The notes under the pieces were generated by a model that saw only the letters and a list, made by a program, of their open reading frames with translations, was not told where the DNA came from and did no database searches. The position numbers and the translations under genes were made by a program. Of a DNA stretch of 64,000 nucleotides, positions 26,554 to 37,743 are shown piece after piece (position 1 is the stretch's first letter; every line of letters starts with the position of its first letter). This stretch comes from Gammaproteobacteria bacterium (GTDB lineage Bacteria; Pseudomonadota; Gammaproteobacteria; Poriferisulfidales; Poriferisulfidaceae): assembly GCA_026706895.1 (NCBI GenBank), contig JAPOXW010000015.1:28475-92474 (forward strand), in the 5' to 3' direction.

Positions 26554-28788
26554 ATGCCGGCTCGGCCATTCCTGAAATTGGTTCTCGGCAAACTTGCCGC
26601 ACCGTGGGTCCAGTTGTACCGAAATGTCCGCCAAGGCTCGGCCCGGTTGCCGGAAGAACTGATCGAGCAAGGTCCCCGCATCCAGGCCAGTGCCCGGTAC
26701 GGCGGGATGGGAGAACGCGAGTTGGAACTGCGCATGGAGCAAATCATCGAGCGCATCCTTTCCACTCGGCGCCGCGTGCACGAACCCGCAAAGCAACTGG
26801 CCCCCTTCAACCACTTCGAGCAGCGCCGCTTCCTGGATTCCGGGCAAGCCCTGGCTGATCGCGATATCGAACTTGCCTACCAATTCTTCCACTTCGGCAT
26901 CCCGTCGCTTCGTCTGATCGACGAAGAGCACTGGGACGGCTGGCTCGACCATCTGCGCGCCTGCTACGACCAAATCGGGGTCGACGCCGCCGTGCAAGCC
27001 ATGCAGGAAGTCGAAGGTTACCTGCAGAAAATTCTCGGCGGCGCCCGCAGCATCCGCCTCAACGACGTGGATTGGCTGGTCGAGTCGTTGCTAGTCGGCT
27101 TCGGTGGACGGCCGCTCAAAGTCGGAACTGCTGCAGAACCCTACACCGACACGGAAACCGTCTATCTGCCCGAACTGATGGATGTCTGCGGCACCCGGGA
27201 GGAAAACTTCGACCTGCTCAAGGCTACCGCTGCGTACCTGTGGGCGCAAACCCGGTACGGGACATACCGGGCACCCGCTGACGCTTTCGCCAGCTATTCG
27301 GATCGCGCTCGCGCCCGCCGCTACTTCCACGCACTGGAAATGCTTCGTTTGGATGCCCGGATCCAGCGCGACATGCCCGGCATCGGCCGCATCCTCAAGC
27401 GCCACAACCCGCCCGACGCATGGACGGAACTGCCCGACGCATGGACGGCCGCCATCTCGGAAATCTCGGATCCGAAAGCCACGGTCGAAGACTCCCTGCG
27501 CCTGCTCGAAGGACTCTACCCGACCGCAGTCACGCTTCCGGAGGTTCCGTACCAAGGCGCGCTGCGCCCGGAACTTGCATCCGAAATCCTGGTCAGACGG
27601 GTGGACGAGGAACAGCATCAACTGGCGAATGCCCTGCTCAGCCTGAAGAAGGAACTGTCTCCTTTCCAGTCCGAGAAGGAGCAAAACGAACGCTTCACCG
27701 TGCGCAGGGAACAGAATCAAGTGGCCGACGAGTTTGCGTTTTCCCTGGAACTCGGCGACGAAACCGTCACTCCGCCCGAAGACGTCCAGAAACTGCTGGA
27801 ATCCATCATTCAGGACCTCGGGGAAATCCCCGACGAATATCTTGAGCCGGCCAGCTTCGGCGCCTATCCCCCGGCTTCGGAAGAGCCGGAGGGTGCTTCT
27901 TCGCCCGCAAGCGAAGGCGCTGATTACGTCTACCCGGAGTGGGATCATTCCCGCCAGAAGTACCGGGCCGACTGGTGCCAGTTGTACGAACGCCCGATCG
28001 CCGGCACCAGCGAACAATTCGCGCAGGACACGCTGGAGCGGCACCGCCGCCTGCTCGCCGGGCTCCGGCGCACGTTCGAGGCCCTGCGCGACGAGGAAAA
28101 GCGCGTCCGTCGGGAAATGCACGGCGACGAGGTGGACCTGGACAGCTTCATCAACGCCTACAGCGACTATGTCAACGGCTCGGAACTGGATGAACGTTTA
28201 TTCACCCGGATGAAGAAACTGGATCGCGACATCGCCGTGATGTTCCTGATCGACATGAGCAGCTCCACGTCCGGCTGGATCAACGACCTGATGCGCGAGG
28301 CGCTGGTGCTGCTGTGCGGTGCACTGGAAGCGCTGGGGGATCGCTATGCGATCTACGGATTTTCCGGGCGCACCCATCGCAATTGCGAGTTGTACCCGGT
28401 CAAGAACCTGGATGAGGCCTACGGCAGCGACGTCCGTCGCCGCATCAGCGGCATTACGCCCCGGAACTACACCCGCATGGGCGTGATGATCCGCCACCTC
28501 ACGCAACTGCTGAAGGACACGGAAACCCGCACCCGCCTGCTGATCGCGCTGTCCGACGGCAAGCCGGACGACCAGGACGGCTACCGGGGCACTTACGGCA
28601 TCGAGGACACCCGCCAGGCGCTGAATGAGGCCCGACATTTGGGAATCCACTCGTATTGCATTACCATAGACAAAGAGGGCATGGAGTACCTTCCGCACAT
28701 GTACGGAGCCTCCAACTTCGCCGTGGTCAGCCACATCGAGAAACTCCCGACCAAGGTGTCCGACATCTACCGCCGCATCACCCTATGA
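26554..28788 (+). CDS. NorD/CbbO-family von Willebrand factor A domain protein
   Basis: 744 aa. The C-terminal VWA has the MIDAS motif DMSSSTS and LLIALSDGKPDDQDGYRGTYGIEDTRQALNEARHLGIHSYCITID, as in NorD/CbbO-type proteins. No MoxR-type AAA+ (NorQ/CbbQ) gene is adjacent. Confidence 0.65.
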   Translation: MPARPFLKLVLGKLAAPWVQLYRNVRQGSARLPEELIEQGPRIQASARYGGMGERELELRMEQIIERILSTRRRVHEPAKQLAPFNHFEQRRFLDSGQALADRDIELAYQFFHFGIPSLRLIDEEHWDGWLDHLRACYDQIGVDAAVQAMQEVEGYLQKILGGARSIRLNDVDWLVESLLVGFGGRPLKVGTAAEPYTDTETVYLPELMDVCGTREENFDLLKATAAYLWAQTRYGTYRAPADAFASYSDRARARRYFHALEMLRLDARIQRDMPGIGRILKRHNPPDAWTELPDAWTAAISEISDPKATVEDSLRLLEGLYPTAVTLPEVPYQGALRPELASEILVRRVDEEQHQLANALLSLKKELSPFQSEKEQNERFTVRREQNQVADEFAFSLELGDETVTPPEDVQKLLESIIQDLGEIPDEYLEPASFGAYPPASEEPEGASSPASEGADYVYPEWDHSRQKYRADWCQLYERPIAGTSEQFAQDTLERHRRLLAGLRRTFEALRDEEKRVRREMHGDEVDLDSFINAYSDYVNGSELDERLFTRMKKLDRDIAVMFLIDMSSSTSGWINDLMREALVLLCGALEALGDRYAIYGFSGRTHRNCELYPVKNLDEAYGSDVRRRISGITPRNYTRMGVMIRHLTQLLKDTETRTRLLIALSDGKPDDQDGYRGTYGIEDTRQALNEARHLGIHSYCITIDKEGMEYLPHMYGASNFAVVSHIEKLPTKVSDIYRRITL

Positions 28789-29522
28789 ACACTATCTACC
28801 CCCATGGAATCCGCATCGGCCTGGCACTGACACTGGCGCTGGCGCTGACCGGCTGCAAAACCGACCTCTTCAGCACCCAGGACATCCCCGAAGAGGTCAA
28901 GGGAATCGCCAAGACCAGCGTGGACTACGCCCTGGACGCACACCTGAACGCGACCACCGAGGGACTTGAAGAACTGATGCGGGAGCTGTACCGGCTCAAC
29001 CCCGAAGAACTGGAGAAAATGCCAACCGCCACGGTCGACGAGCGGGTCGCCCTGATACTGCCGGATCGCACTTACGACGAATTGCGGTTCGGAGAGTTGG
29101 ACAGCCACCGCGGCACCGAGGCGATGCAGTTGGCATTCGAGCCCCGCTTCATCGGCGACCGGGTCTTCGCGCTGATGGTCGGCATCGTCAGCCAGATGCG
29201 GATTGCGTACAACGACAAGCTGGAATTTTTCGCCCTGAACCGGTTGGATTCCGAGAATCTCGAAAACTTCGCCAACAACCTGGAAATCGTCCGCGTCAGC
29301 CTGGAACGCCGGACCGGACCGGATGGCCAGCCGATCATACGGCACGAGGGCGATGCCCAGCTCCTGGAATCGGGGCTTCCCAAGCCGACTCCCGGGCAGA
29401 TCCTGGACCGACTCGTCGGGCACCAGCGAGTGCTGGTGAGCATCACGAGCGGCTGGCGGGACCGTGCCCACCAGGCCGCGGTGAAGACGATGGGCGCCGT
29501 CATCATGCTGCCTATCCCCTAA
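28785..29522 (+). CDS. hypothetical lipoprotein
   Basis: Signal peptide with lipobox: MNTIYPHGIRIGLALTLALALTGC. The ATG overlaps the VWA gene stop (ATGA). The ORF-track N-terminal extension lies inside the VWA gene. Confidence 0.55.
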   Translation: MNTIYPHGIRIGLALTLALALTGCKTDLFSTQDIPEEVKGIAKTSVDYALDAHLNATTEGLEELMRELYRLNPEELEKMPTATVDERVALILPDRTYDELRFGELDSHRGTEAMQLAFEPRFIGDRVFALMVGIVSQMRIAYNDKLEFFALNRLDSENLENFANNLEIVRVSLERRTGPDGQPIIRHEGDAQLLESGLPKPTPGQILDRLVGHQRVLVSITSGWRDRAHQAAVKTMGAVIMLPIP

Positions 29523-29535
29523 GTCCTCCACGCGC

Positions 29536-30494
<959 letters not shown>

Positions 30495-30496
30495 TT

Positions 30497-31204
30497 TCAA
30501 AGCCGGCTCTCCGAAGTCGGCGGCTGGGCCAACACCTCGCGCACGAACGGCACGGTAATTCGCCGCTGCTGGCTTAGCGAGGCCTGCTCCAACTGATCCA
30601 GCAACTGACAGAGTTGTCCCAAACCGCGGACCACATGGCGCTGCATGTAGCGCACCGCGTCCTCCGGCAGGTCGTACCCTTGGCTGTGCGCACGGCGGCG
30701 CAATGCTTCGGATTGCCGTTCGTCATCCAGGGGATGTAGCGGAAACGACACGGCGCCGCGGAGCCGGGAGCGCAGGTCGGGCAATGCCACCGACACGCTT
30801 TCCGCAGGCTGGCGCGCCGCCATCAGCAGGCTGGCGCCATGATCCATCGCCTGATTGATCAGGCCGAATAGCCGCTGTTCCCAATCCCCCTGCTCCAGCA
30901 CGGCATCCACGTCATCCAGGCAAATCCACAGACACTGCTCCAGGCCATCCAAGGCTTCTGGACCCAGTTCCCGCATTTGCTTCAGCGGCAGGTAGGCTGC
31001 GGACACCTCCCGGGCCTTCGCCTGATGACAGACCGCCTGCAACAGATGCGTCTTCCCGCTGTCCTGGGGGCCATGCAGCCACAAGGATCCGCCCTGCCGC
31101 GGCAAGGATTCCAGCGCGTCGAGAATTCCCTCGTTGCCGTCCGTGCAAAAATTGGCAAAGGTATGCCGCGGATTGGAGCCAAGCGGCAGAATCAATTGGC
31201 TCAT
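30497..31204 (-). CDS. hda: DnaA regulatory inactivator Hda
   Basis: MSQLILPLGSNPRHTFANF.., Walker A HGPQDSGKTHLLQA, LDDVD. Start is at the ATG of MSQL (31204), which overlaps the upstream stop (ATGA). Confidence 0.8.
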   Translation of the reverse strand: MSQLILPLGSNPRHTFANFCTDGNEGILDALESLPRQGGSLWLHGPQDSGKTHLLQAVCHQAKAREVSAAYLPLKQMRELGPEALDGLEQCLWICLDDVDAVLEQGDWEQRLFGLINQAMDHGASLLMAARQPAESVSVALPDLRSRLRGAVSFPLHPLDDERQSEALRRRAHSQGYDLPEDAVRYMQRHVVRGLGQLCQLLDQLEQASLSQQRRITVPFVREVLAQPPTSESRL

Positions 31205-31752
31205 TGGGAAGCATCCCCAGGATCTGCCAGCAATCCGCCCCAGACCAGTATGTACCCGATCCCGCTGACGAACGTCGCAAGCATGGTCGCCCACAACAGG
31301 ACATCAAGCAACATCGGCGGCAGAACGGCCAACTGGTTTCCCATGAAGGCGAACACCGTAATGATTTGCACGAAAGTATTGATTTTCCCAACTTTTAGGA
31401 CTGCGGTCTTCTGCCCGGGATGAAGCAGGTAGTTCATCAAAGTTCCCCCGATGACCATGACATCGCGTCCCACCACCAGCGCCACCAGCCACACTGGCAG
31501 CAATTCCAGGTGGCCTAGCACCACAAAAGCGGCTACCAGCATCACCTTGTCCGCAAGAGGGTCCAACCCGGCCCCCAGAGCGCTCGTAGCTTTCAGGTAA
31601 CGGGCCAGGAAACCGTCCAAGCCATCCGAGATGCCCATTACGATGAACAGGATCAGTGCCAAGCCGAACTGCTGCTCCAGCAGCAGCATGGCGAACCACG
31701 GCACCAGAAGCAGGCGCAGGACGCTGATCAGGTTGGGAATATGCTGGATCAT
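31201..31752 (-). CDS. CDP-alcohol phosphatidyltransferase family protein (PgsA-like)
   Basis: 183 aa membrane protein with DGLDGFLARYLKATSALGAGLDPLADK (the D-G-x2-A-R..G-x3-D-x3-D motif). Confidence 0.75.
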   Translation of the reverse strand: MIQHIPNLISVLRLLLVPWFAMLLLEQQFGLALILFIVMGISDGLDGFLARYLKATSALGAGLDPLADKVMLVAAFVVLGHLELLPVWLVALVVGRDVMVIGGTLMNYLLHPGQKTAVLKVGKINTFVQIITVFAFMGNQLAVLPPMLLDVLLWATMLATFVSGIGYILVWGGLLADPGDASQ

Positions 31753-31786
31753 GGGCTTTCCCCGAACATTTTAATGCAGGAGTAAA

Positions 31787-32839
31787 ATGGCGCGCGTACC
31801 GAGCGGTTCCGTGCCAGAGAAAGAATCTTCTACTTCCGCCTACCGGGAGGCCGGGGTCGATATCGACGCTGGCAATCGCTTGGTGAAACGCCTCGCGCCG
31901 CTTGCGAAGCAGACCTTCAACGAACAAGTCCTAGGTGGCCTCGGTGGATTCGGCGGGCTTTACCAGTTAGCGCAGGACTACACGCAACCCGTTCTGGTCT
32001 GCGGAACGGACGGAGTCGGCACCAAGCTGCTCCTGGCTCAAAAGCTCCAGCAACATGAAACCATTGGCATCGACCTCGTGGCCATGTGCGCAAACGACGT
32101 CCTGACGCACGGCGCACGCGCCCTGCTGTTCCTCGACTATTACGCCTGCGGGACGCTGAACGTGGAGGAAGCGGAGGATGTGGTCCGTGGAATCGCGGCA
32201 GGATGCCAGCAGGCCGGTTGTGTCCTGCTTGGTGGGGAGACGGCCGAAATGCCCAAGCTCTACCGCCCCGGCGACTACGACCTAGCCGGATTCTGCGTCG
32301 GCCTTGCAGAGCGCGACCGCTTGCTCCCCCGCTCGGATATTCAGCCGGGAGACGTTTTGATCGGGATGGACTCCAGCGGCGTGCACGCCAACGGCTTTTC
32401 GCTCGTCAACCGCCTGCTGGAGACGGCACCGGAAGATCCGAACCGACTGGAAGCGCTGCTGCAACCCACCACGATTTACGAACCGCACTTGCGGGAAGTC
32501 ATCGATTCCGGAAAAGCCCTCGCACTGGCCCACATTACGGGCGGCGGCCTGACCGAAAACGTCCCGCGCGTCCTCCCGGAAGGCCTGTCCGCACAGATCA
32601 ACCTAGAAAGCTGGACGCGCCCGGAACTGTTCGACTGGATACAGTCGGAGGGCAATGTTGACGAAGAAGAGATGCAGCGCATCTTCAACTGCGGAATCGG
32701 CATGGTCGCGTTGGTCCGTTCGGAAGACGCAGAAACCGTGACGCAGGACATCCAATCCACTGGATTGGGTGCCCGAATCATTGGTGAAATCTTTGCCCAG
32801 GAAGGTCACGCTCAAACGGCATATAATACGCAGCCATGA
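31787..32839 (+). CDS. purM: phosphoribosylformylglycinamidine cyclo-ligase
   Basis: 350 aa. YREAGVDIDAGNRLV, GTDGVGTKL. Confidence 0.95.
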   Translation: MARVPSGSVPEKESSTSAYREAGVDIDAGNRLVKRLAPLAKQTFNEQVLGGLGGFGGLYQLAQDYTQPVLVCGTDGVGTKLLLAQKLQQHETIGIDLVAMCANDVLTHGARALLFLDYYACGTLNVEEAEDVVRGIAAGCQQAGCVLLGGETAEMPKLYRPGDYDLAGFCVGLAERDRLLPRSDIQPGDVLIGMDSSGVHANGFSLVNRLLETAPEDPNRLEALLQPTTIYEPHLREVIDSGKALALAHITGGGLTENVPRVLPEGLSAQINLESWTRPELFDWIQSEGNVDEEEMQRIFNCGIGMVALVRSEDAETVTQDIQSTGLGARIIGEIFAQEGHAQTAYNTQP

Positions 32840-33471
32840 TCCCGATGGCGATCTTGTTCTCCGGTGAGGGAACAAATCTGCAGGCCTTGATCGATGCAGT
32901 GCACCAGCGCCGCATCTATGCTGAAATTCGCTGCGTAATCAGCAACAAGCCGCAAGCGCACGGGCTGGACCGTGCACGGGCAGCCGGCATCGAGACACTG
33001 GTCATCGGAGACACCGACCGGACAACCCGGGAAGAAAAAACGCTCGTGGCCCTGCAGGAACGCGGCGTCGAGCTGGTCTGCCTGGCCGGCTACATGCGCG
33101 TCCTGTCCGAAATCATAGTCGGACCCTATCTCGGGCGCATACTCAACATCCATCCCTCCCTGCTTCCGGCCTACCGCGGCGCGAACACCCACCGCCGGGT
33201 CTTGGAGGCCGGTGAAAAACACCACGGGTGCAGCGTGCACTTCGTGACCGTAGACCTGGACGAAGGCCCGCTGATTATCCAGGCGAGCGTGCCCGTACAC
33301 TTGGACGATACCGAAAGAGCACTGGCTCTTCGCGTGCTGGAACAAGAACACCTGATCCTGCCGCTGGCGGTCCAGTGGTACTGCGACGGCCTCCTGCGCT
33401 TGCATGACGGGGCTGTCCACCTTCGCGGAGAACAGCTCGACGAACCGTTGATTTATGAGGCTGGCCCCTAG
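32836..33471 (+). CDS. purN: phosphoribosylglycinamide formyltransferase
   Basis: 211 aa. ILFSGEGTNLQALID, NIHPSLLPAYRG, VHFVTVDLDEGP. ATGA overlap with purM. Confidence 0.95.
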   Translation: MIPMAILFSGEGTNLQALIDAVHQRRIYAEIRCVISNKPQAHGLDRARAAGIETLVIGDTDRTTREEKTLVALQERGVELVCLAGYMRVLSEIIVGPYLGRILNIHPSLLPAYRGANTHRRVLEAGEKHHGCSVHFVTVDLDEGPLIIQASVPVHLDDTERALALRVLEQEHLILPLAVQWYCDGLLRLHDGAVHLRGEQLDEPLIYEAGP

Positions 33472-34165
33472 CCTCTGCGGCCTTTTATTTTTTGGCTTGT
33501 CCGCTGCCGCTGCGGACACCACCCAAGCCATCTACGACCTTTACTACCAAGGCACGCGGACCGGGACGGTCACCGTCACTCTCACGCGCGAAACGGCCCA
33601 CACCTACTACAAGGCCATCGCAAAGCCGAACTGGCTGGCCCGCCTGTTCGGCCAAGGCACCATCATCGAGCGCGGCACCATGAGCAGCGAAGATCTGCGG
33701 CCCCAAGAGTACTTCTACCACGATTCAGGCCGGGAACGCCACTACCGATACGTCTACGACTGGTCTCACGGCCAGGTTCTCATCACGACTCATGAAACCG
33801 AATCTGCCGAACCACTCGGGGACAGCACGCTGGATCCCGCCGCCATGGCCGTACGTCTGCTTCGTGACCTGCCCAGCCCCTCGCCCAACTACAGTGTCCT
33901 CTCCAAGGGCCTGCTCAAGGTGTATCGTTTCGAGACTCCGGTCTTGGAACCCCTCGAAGTGCTGGGCCAGGAGCAACTGGTCTGGAAGGTGGTCCGCATT
34001 CGCGGAAGCGCCGAGGACTCGCGCATCATCACCTGGCACGACCCCAAGCGCGGTCAGTGGATGGTTCGCACCGTGCGAATGGAGAACGGCGACGAAAAGG
34101 TTCGGCTTGAATTGGCCAGCCTGGATCAGTCAGACGCCAGCGATCTGCATCCGGTCGACCAGTAA
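33455..34165 (+). CDS. DUF3108 domain-containing exported protein
   Basis: 236 aa with a signal peptide. The Y..YYQG...G beta-rich pattern and the position after purN are typical of DUF3108. Confidence 0.55.
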   Translation: MRLAPSLCGLLFFGLSAAAADTTQAIYDLYYQGTRTGTVTVTLTRETAHTYYKAIAKPNWLARLFGQGTIIERGTMSSEDLRPQEYFYHDSGRERHYRYVYDWSHGQVLITTHETESAEPLGDSTLDPAAMAVRLLRDLPSPSPNYSVLSKGLLKVYRFETPVLEPLEVLGQEQLVWKVVRIRGSAEDSRIITWHDPKRGQWMVRTVRMENGDEKVRLELASLDQSDASDLHPVDQ

Positions 34166-35470
34166 CGCCCCGGTCTGAAGAGAACCGCGGCGGTCCTGCT
34201 CCGCTCCGACCGCGACAATCCCGCGGTACATGTCCGGCAGGGAACCGGCGATGGTGATTTCATGCACAGGATGCGCCACAGCACCATTCTCGACCCAGAA
34301 ACCCGCCGCACCGCGGGAATAGTCGCCGGTCACCTGATTGACGCCCTGCCCCATCAGCTCCGTCACCACCAGTCCCCGCCCGAGGCGCTGCAGCAATTCA
34401 TCCCAGGATAACGCAGGCTCCCGGGATTCCAATACGAGATTCCGTACTCCGCCGGCATTGCCGGTAGAGGCCAAACCGAGCCTGCGTGCGGAATAGCTGC
34501 TCAGAAACCACCCGCGCAGGATGCCGTTATCCACCACGGTCCGCTCCCGCGTCGCCACGCCTTCCGCATCAAACGGCGCGCTGGCTGCCCCCCCGGCCTC
34601 ATGCGGATGCTCGGTCAGGGTGATCTCCTCCGCCCAGACCTGTTCATCCCTCCGGCCAAGCAGGAAAGACGCCTCATGGTAGAGGGCCCGGCCGCTGGCC
34701 GCGCCCACGAAATGTCCGAGTAGCGATCGCGCGACCGGAGCTTCGAACAATACCGGCACGACGCAGCTGGCAAGCGGTCGGGCTCCCAAGCGGCGTACGG
34801 TTCGCTCTGCCGCAATGCGCCCCACCGTTCCGGGATCCTGCATCTTGCGCCAGTCGCAGTGAGTGCTGTGCCAGTAGTCCCGCTCCTGCGCCCCGGCCTC
34901 GTCTGCCGCCACGACACAGCAACTGAGATCGTGGCTGCTGCGCCGGTAGGCGCCCATGAAACCCAAACTGTTGCCAAGCACCCGGATGCCGTCGTAGCGG
35001 CGGACCTCCGCCCCTTCCGAGTTCGCGATACGGGCATCGGCACGCGCAGCATCTTCGCACTCAAGCGCAAGCCGGACAGCTTCGTCGCTATCGAGGTCCC
35101 AAGGATGATGAAGATCCAGTTCCGGATATTCGAAGGCCAGCCGGTCTTCATCCGGCAAGCCGTGGCAGGGATCCTCTTCGGTACTGCGGGCGATCTGGCA
35201 GGCCGCTTCAACCGTTCGTTCGACCGAGTCTTCACGCAAGTCCGTGCTGGAGGCATGGCCGCGCCGCTGGCCAAAGTAGGCGGTAATCGACAGGCCTTGA
35301 TCCTGCTCGCGTTCGATGGTCTCAAGTTCGCCAAGCCGCACCGAAACCGTCAGGCCCTCACCACGATCCAGAGAAACTGCCGCAGCGGTTGCCCCTTGCC
35401 CGCGGGCCTGGTCCAATGCTTGCTGAACGCACGTGCGCAGGTTCTGCGCCGAGGCGGATTCAGCCGTCAT
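34130..35470 (-). CDS. pmbA: metalloprotease PmbA (TldE)
   Basis: 446 aa. The C-terminal GVNQVTGDYSRGAAGFWVENG motif, adjacent to tldD. Confidence 0.9.
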   Translation of the reverse strand: MTAESASAQNLRTCVQQALDQARGQGATAAAVSLDRGEGLTVSVRLGELETIEREQDQGLSITAYFGQRRGHASSTDLREDSVERTVEAACQIARSTEEDPCHGLPDEDRLAFEYPELDLHHPWDLDSDEAVRLALECEDAARADARIANSEGAEVRRYDGIRVLGNSLGFMGAYRRSSHDLSCCVVAADEAGAQERDYWHSTHCDWRKMQDPGTVGRIAAERTVRRLGARPLASCVVPVLFEAPVARSLLGHFVGAASGRALYHEASFLLGRRDEQVWAEEITLTEHPHEAGGAASAPFDAEGVATRERTVVDNGILRGWFLSSYSARRLGLASTGNAGGVRNLVLESREPALSWDELLQRLGRGLVVTELMGQGVNQVTGDYSRGAAGFWVENGAVAHPVHEITIAGSLPDMYRGIVAVGAEQDRRGSLQTGALLVDRMQIAGV

Positions 35471-36920
35471 GCATCCGGGTCCCCCCGACTGTCAACTCAT
35501 CGACCCGCAGCGTCGGCTGGCCAACGCCCACCGGGACCTGCTGCCCGTCCTTGCCGCAGGTGCCAATTCCATCGTCGAGCTCCAGATCGTCGCCGACCAT
35601 GCTGACGCGCCGCAGCACACTGGGCCCGTCTCCGATCAGAGTCGCTCCCTTGACGGGATGGGCAATCTTTCCGTCTTTGATCAGATAAGCCTCGGAAGCG
35701 GAAAACACGAATTTTCCGGACGTGATGTCGACCTGTCCACCATTGAATCCGACCGCATACAGCCCATGGTCGACCGACGCCAGAATCTCTTCCGGTGAAT
35801 GGGTGCCTGCCTGCATGTAGGTGTTGGTCATGCGCGGCATCGGCTGGTGTGCGTAGGATTCGCGGCGGCCGTTACCGGTCGATTCGGTCTTGCACAGCCG
35901 CGCGTTGAGCCGGTCGTAGAGGAAACCGCGGATGATGCCGTCCTCGATCAACACCGTGTTCTGGGTCGGGGTGCCCTCATCGTCCATGCACAAGGAACCA
36001 CGGCGGTCCGGCAGAGTGCCGTTGTCCACCACGGTAACTTCGGGGCTGGCCACGCGCTGGCCCATCAGGTGGGTGAACACCGAAGTGCCCTTGCGAATCG
36101 CATCGCCTTCAAGCCCATGCCCAATGGCCTCGTGCAACAGCACGCCCGGCCAGCCGTGCCCGAGCACCACGGTCATGGTGCCGGCCGGGGCTTCCTGGGA
36201 CTCCAGGTTGAGCAATGCCACGCGCACCGCTTCCTGCGCGAACCGGGCCGGTGCCCCGGTCTCCAGTAACCGGCTGTATCCATAGCGTCCGCCCCCGCCA
36301 TGTCCGCCGATTTCACGCCGCCCGTCCCGTTCGGCGATGACACTGACGTTCAGGCGCACCAGTGGCCGGATGTCGGTCTGGTATACGCCTTCCGTCGAAG
36401 CGATCAATATCACCTCGTAGGCGGATGCCAAGGTGGCCGTCACTTTCTTGACCTCGGGAGCCAATCTGCGGGCGGTTTCGTCCACTTCGCGCAGCAGGGC
36501 AATCTTCTGCTCCATGTCCAGGTTCTGCAACGGGTTGTCGTAGCCGCAAACGGCGGGCGGCGGAGTCGAAGACGACTGCGGCAGACGAGCCTGCCGGTCG
36601 CCATGCGCGATGGAACGCGCGGCCCGGGCCGCCTCAAGCAATTGTTCGGGGCCCAGTTCCTCGGAATACGCGAACCCGGTCTTCTCGCCCAGTGCCGCAC
36701 GGACACCGGCGCCCTGTTCCAGGGTAAAAGCCGCATCCTTGACCACTCCGTTCTCGATCGTCAGCGATTCATGCTGCGAATGCTGCAGGTACACGTCCGC
36801 ATAATCGCAGGCTCGCGACCAGGCATGCGCAAGGGTCTGCTCCAGCGTTTGCGGCGTCAGTTCTCCCGGATCCAGGAGGTAACGCCGGGCTGCACCGTCG
36901 GTTACGCGCTCATCTGGCAT
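35460..36920 (-). CDS. tldD: metalloprotease TldD
   Basis: 486 aa. LLHEAIGHGLEGD (the HExxxH-like site) and GGQVDITSGKFVFSASEAYLIKDGK. Confidence 0.92.
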   Translation of the reverse strand: MPDERVTDGAARRYLLDPGELTPQTLEQTLAHAWSRACDYADVYLQHSQHESLTIENGVVKDAAFTLEQGAGVRAALGEKTGFAYSEELGPEQLLEAARAARSIAHGDRQARLPQSSSTPPPAVCGYDNPLQNLDMEQKIALLREVDETARRLAPEVKKVTATLASAYEVILIASTEGVYQTDIRPLVRLNVSVIAERDGRREIGGHGGGGRYGYSRLLETGAPARFAQEAVRVALLNLESQEAPAGTMTVVLGHGWPGVLLHEAIGHGLEGDAIRKGTSVFTHLMGQRVASPEVTVVDNGTLPDRRGSLCMDDEGTPTQNTVLIEDGIIRGFLYDRLNARLCKTESTGNGRRESYAHQPMPRMTNTYMQAGTHSPEEILASVDHGLYAVGFNGGQVDITSGKFVFSASEAYLIKDGKIAHPVKGATLIGDGPSVLRRVSMVGDDLELDDGIGTCGKDGQQVPVGVGQPTLRVDELTVGGTRMHDG

Positions 36921-37732
36921 GTCAGCCTCCGGTTGTGGATGCTGGGGAAGTTTTTCCGAATCTCCTCAAGCCGCTGCCGATCGATGTCCGCGACGACCAC
37001 ACCCGCCCCGTGAGCCCGTTCCCCCTTGATCGAACCCCAAGGATCAATAATCATGGAATGCCCGTGGGTCTCGCGCCCGTTCAAGTGGTAACCACCCTGC
37101 GCGCTGGCAACCAAGTAGACCAGGTTCTCGATCGCGCGGGCACGCAACAGGCTCTCCCAATGCGCCTTGCCCGTCAGCGCCGTGAACGCGGCAGGCAACG
37201 TAATGATCTCCGCCCCCTGATCCAGGAGTGCGCGGAACAGTTCCGGGAAGCGCAAGTCGTAGCAAACAGTCAACCCGATGCGTCCGAACGGGGAATCCGC
37301 AACGACCAGCTCGTTTCCGCTGCGGATGGTCGCGGATTCGTTGTAGCTCTCCCCGCTGGCGACCAGCGTCACATCGAACAGGTGGATCTTGTCGTAGCGT
37401 GCCTGGATTTCTCCCTGGTCGTCGAACAGCATGCACGCGGCCGCCGTTTTGCTGTCGACCCCGCAATGCAGCGGGATGGTGCCCCCCACGATCCAGATCT
37501 GGTGTCGGCGGCACTGCTTGCGGATGAACGCCTGGATCGGCCCGTCTCCCTGCAGTTCCCGATATTGCAGGATATCCTTGTCCTGCAGGCCCATCATGGC
37601 AAAGTTCTCGGGCAGGACCACCAGCCGCGCGTCGTCCTCGACCGCTGTTTTGATCAGACGCCCGGCCTCCAGAAGATTGGCATCCAAGTTGGGGCCGGAA
37701 GCCATTTGTACCGCAGCAACCCTGTCCATCAT
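36902..37732 (-). CDS. carbon-nitrogen hydrolase (nitrilase superfamily)
   Basis: VAAVQMASGP.., LVVLPENF, a catalytic Cys context (GLTVCYDLRFPELF), and the conserved position next to tldD. Start is placed at the ATG pair MMDRV rather than the upstream TTG. Confidence 0.8.
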   Translation of the reverse strand: MMDRVAAVQMASGPNLDANLLEAGRLIKTAVEDDARLVVLPENFAMMGLQDKDILQYRELQGDGPIQAFIRKQCRRHQIWIVGGTIPLHCGVDSKTAAACMLFDDQGEIQARYDKIHLFDVTLVASGESYNESATIRSGNELVVADSPFGRIGLTVCYDLRFPELFRALLDQGAEIITLPAAFTALTGKAHWESLLRARAIENLVYLVASAQGGYHLNGRETHGHSMIIDPWGSIKGERAHGAGVVVADIDRQRLEEIRKNFPSIHNRRLTCQMSA

Positions 37733-37743
37733 TTCTCGCAAGA

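Noticed and set aside
28656-28784. N-terminal 43-codon extension of the lipoprotein ORF
   Set aside because: It lies inside the VWA gene in another frame. The lipoprotein signal peptide with its lipobox starts at the ATG at 28785.
26554-28788. Naming the VWA protein CbbO (RuBisCO activase partner)
   Set aside because: No cbbL/S, cbbM or cbbQ genes are nearby, and the YRGTYGIEDTR-type VWA segment fits NorD-like proteins equally well. The call is kept at the family level.
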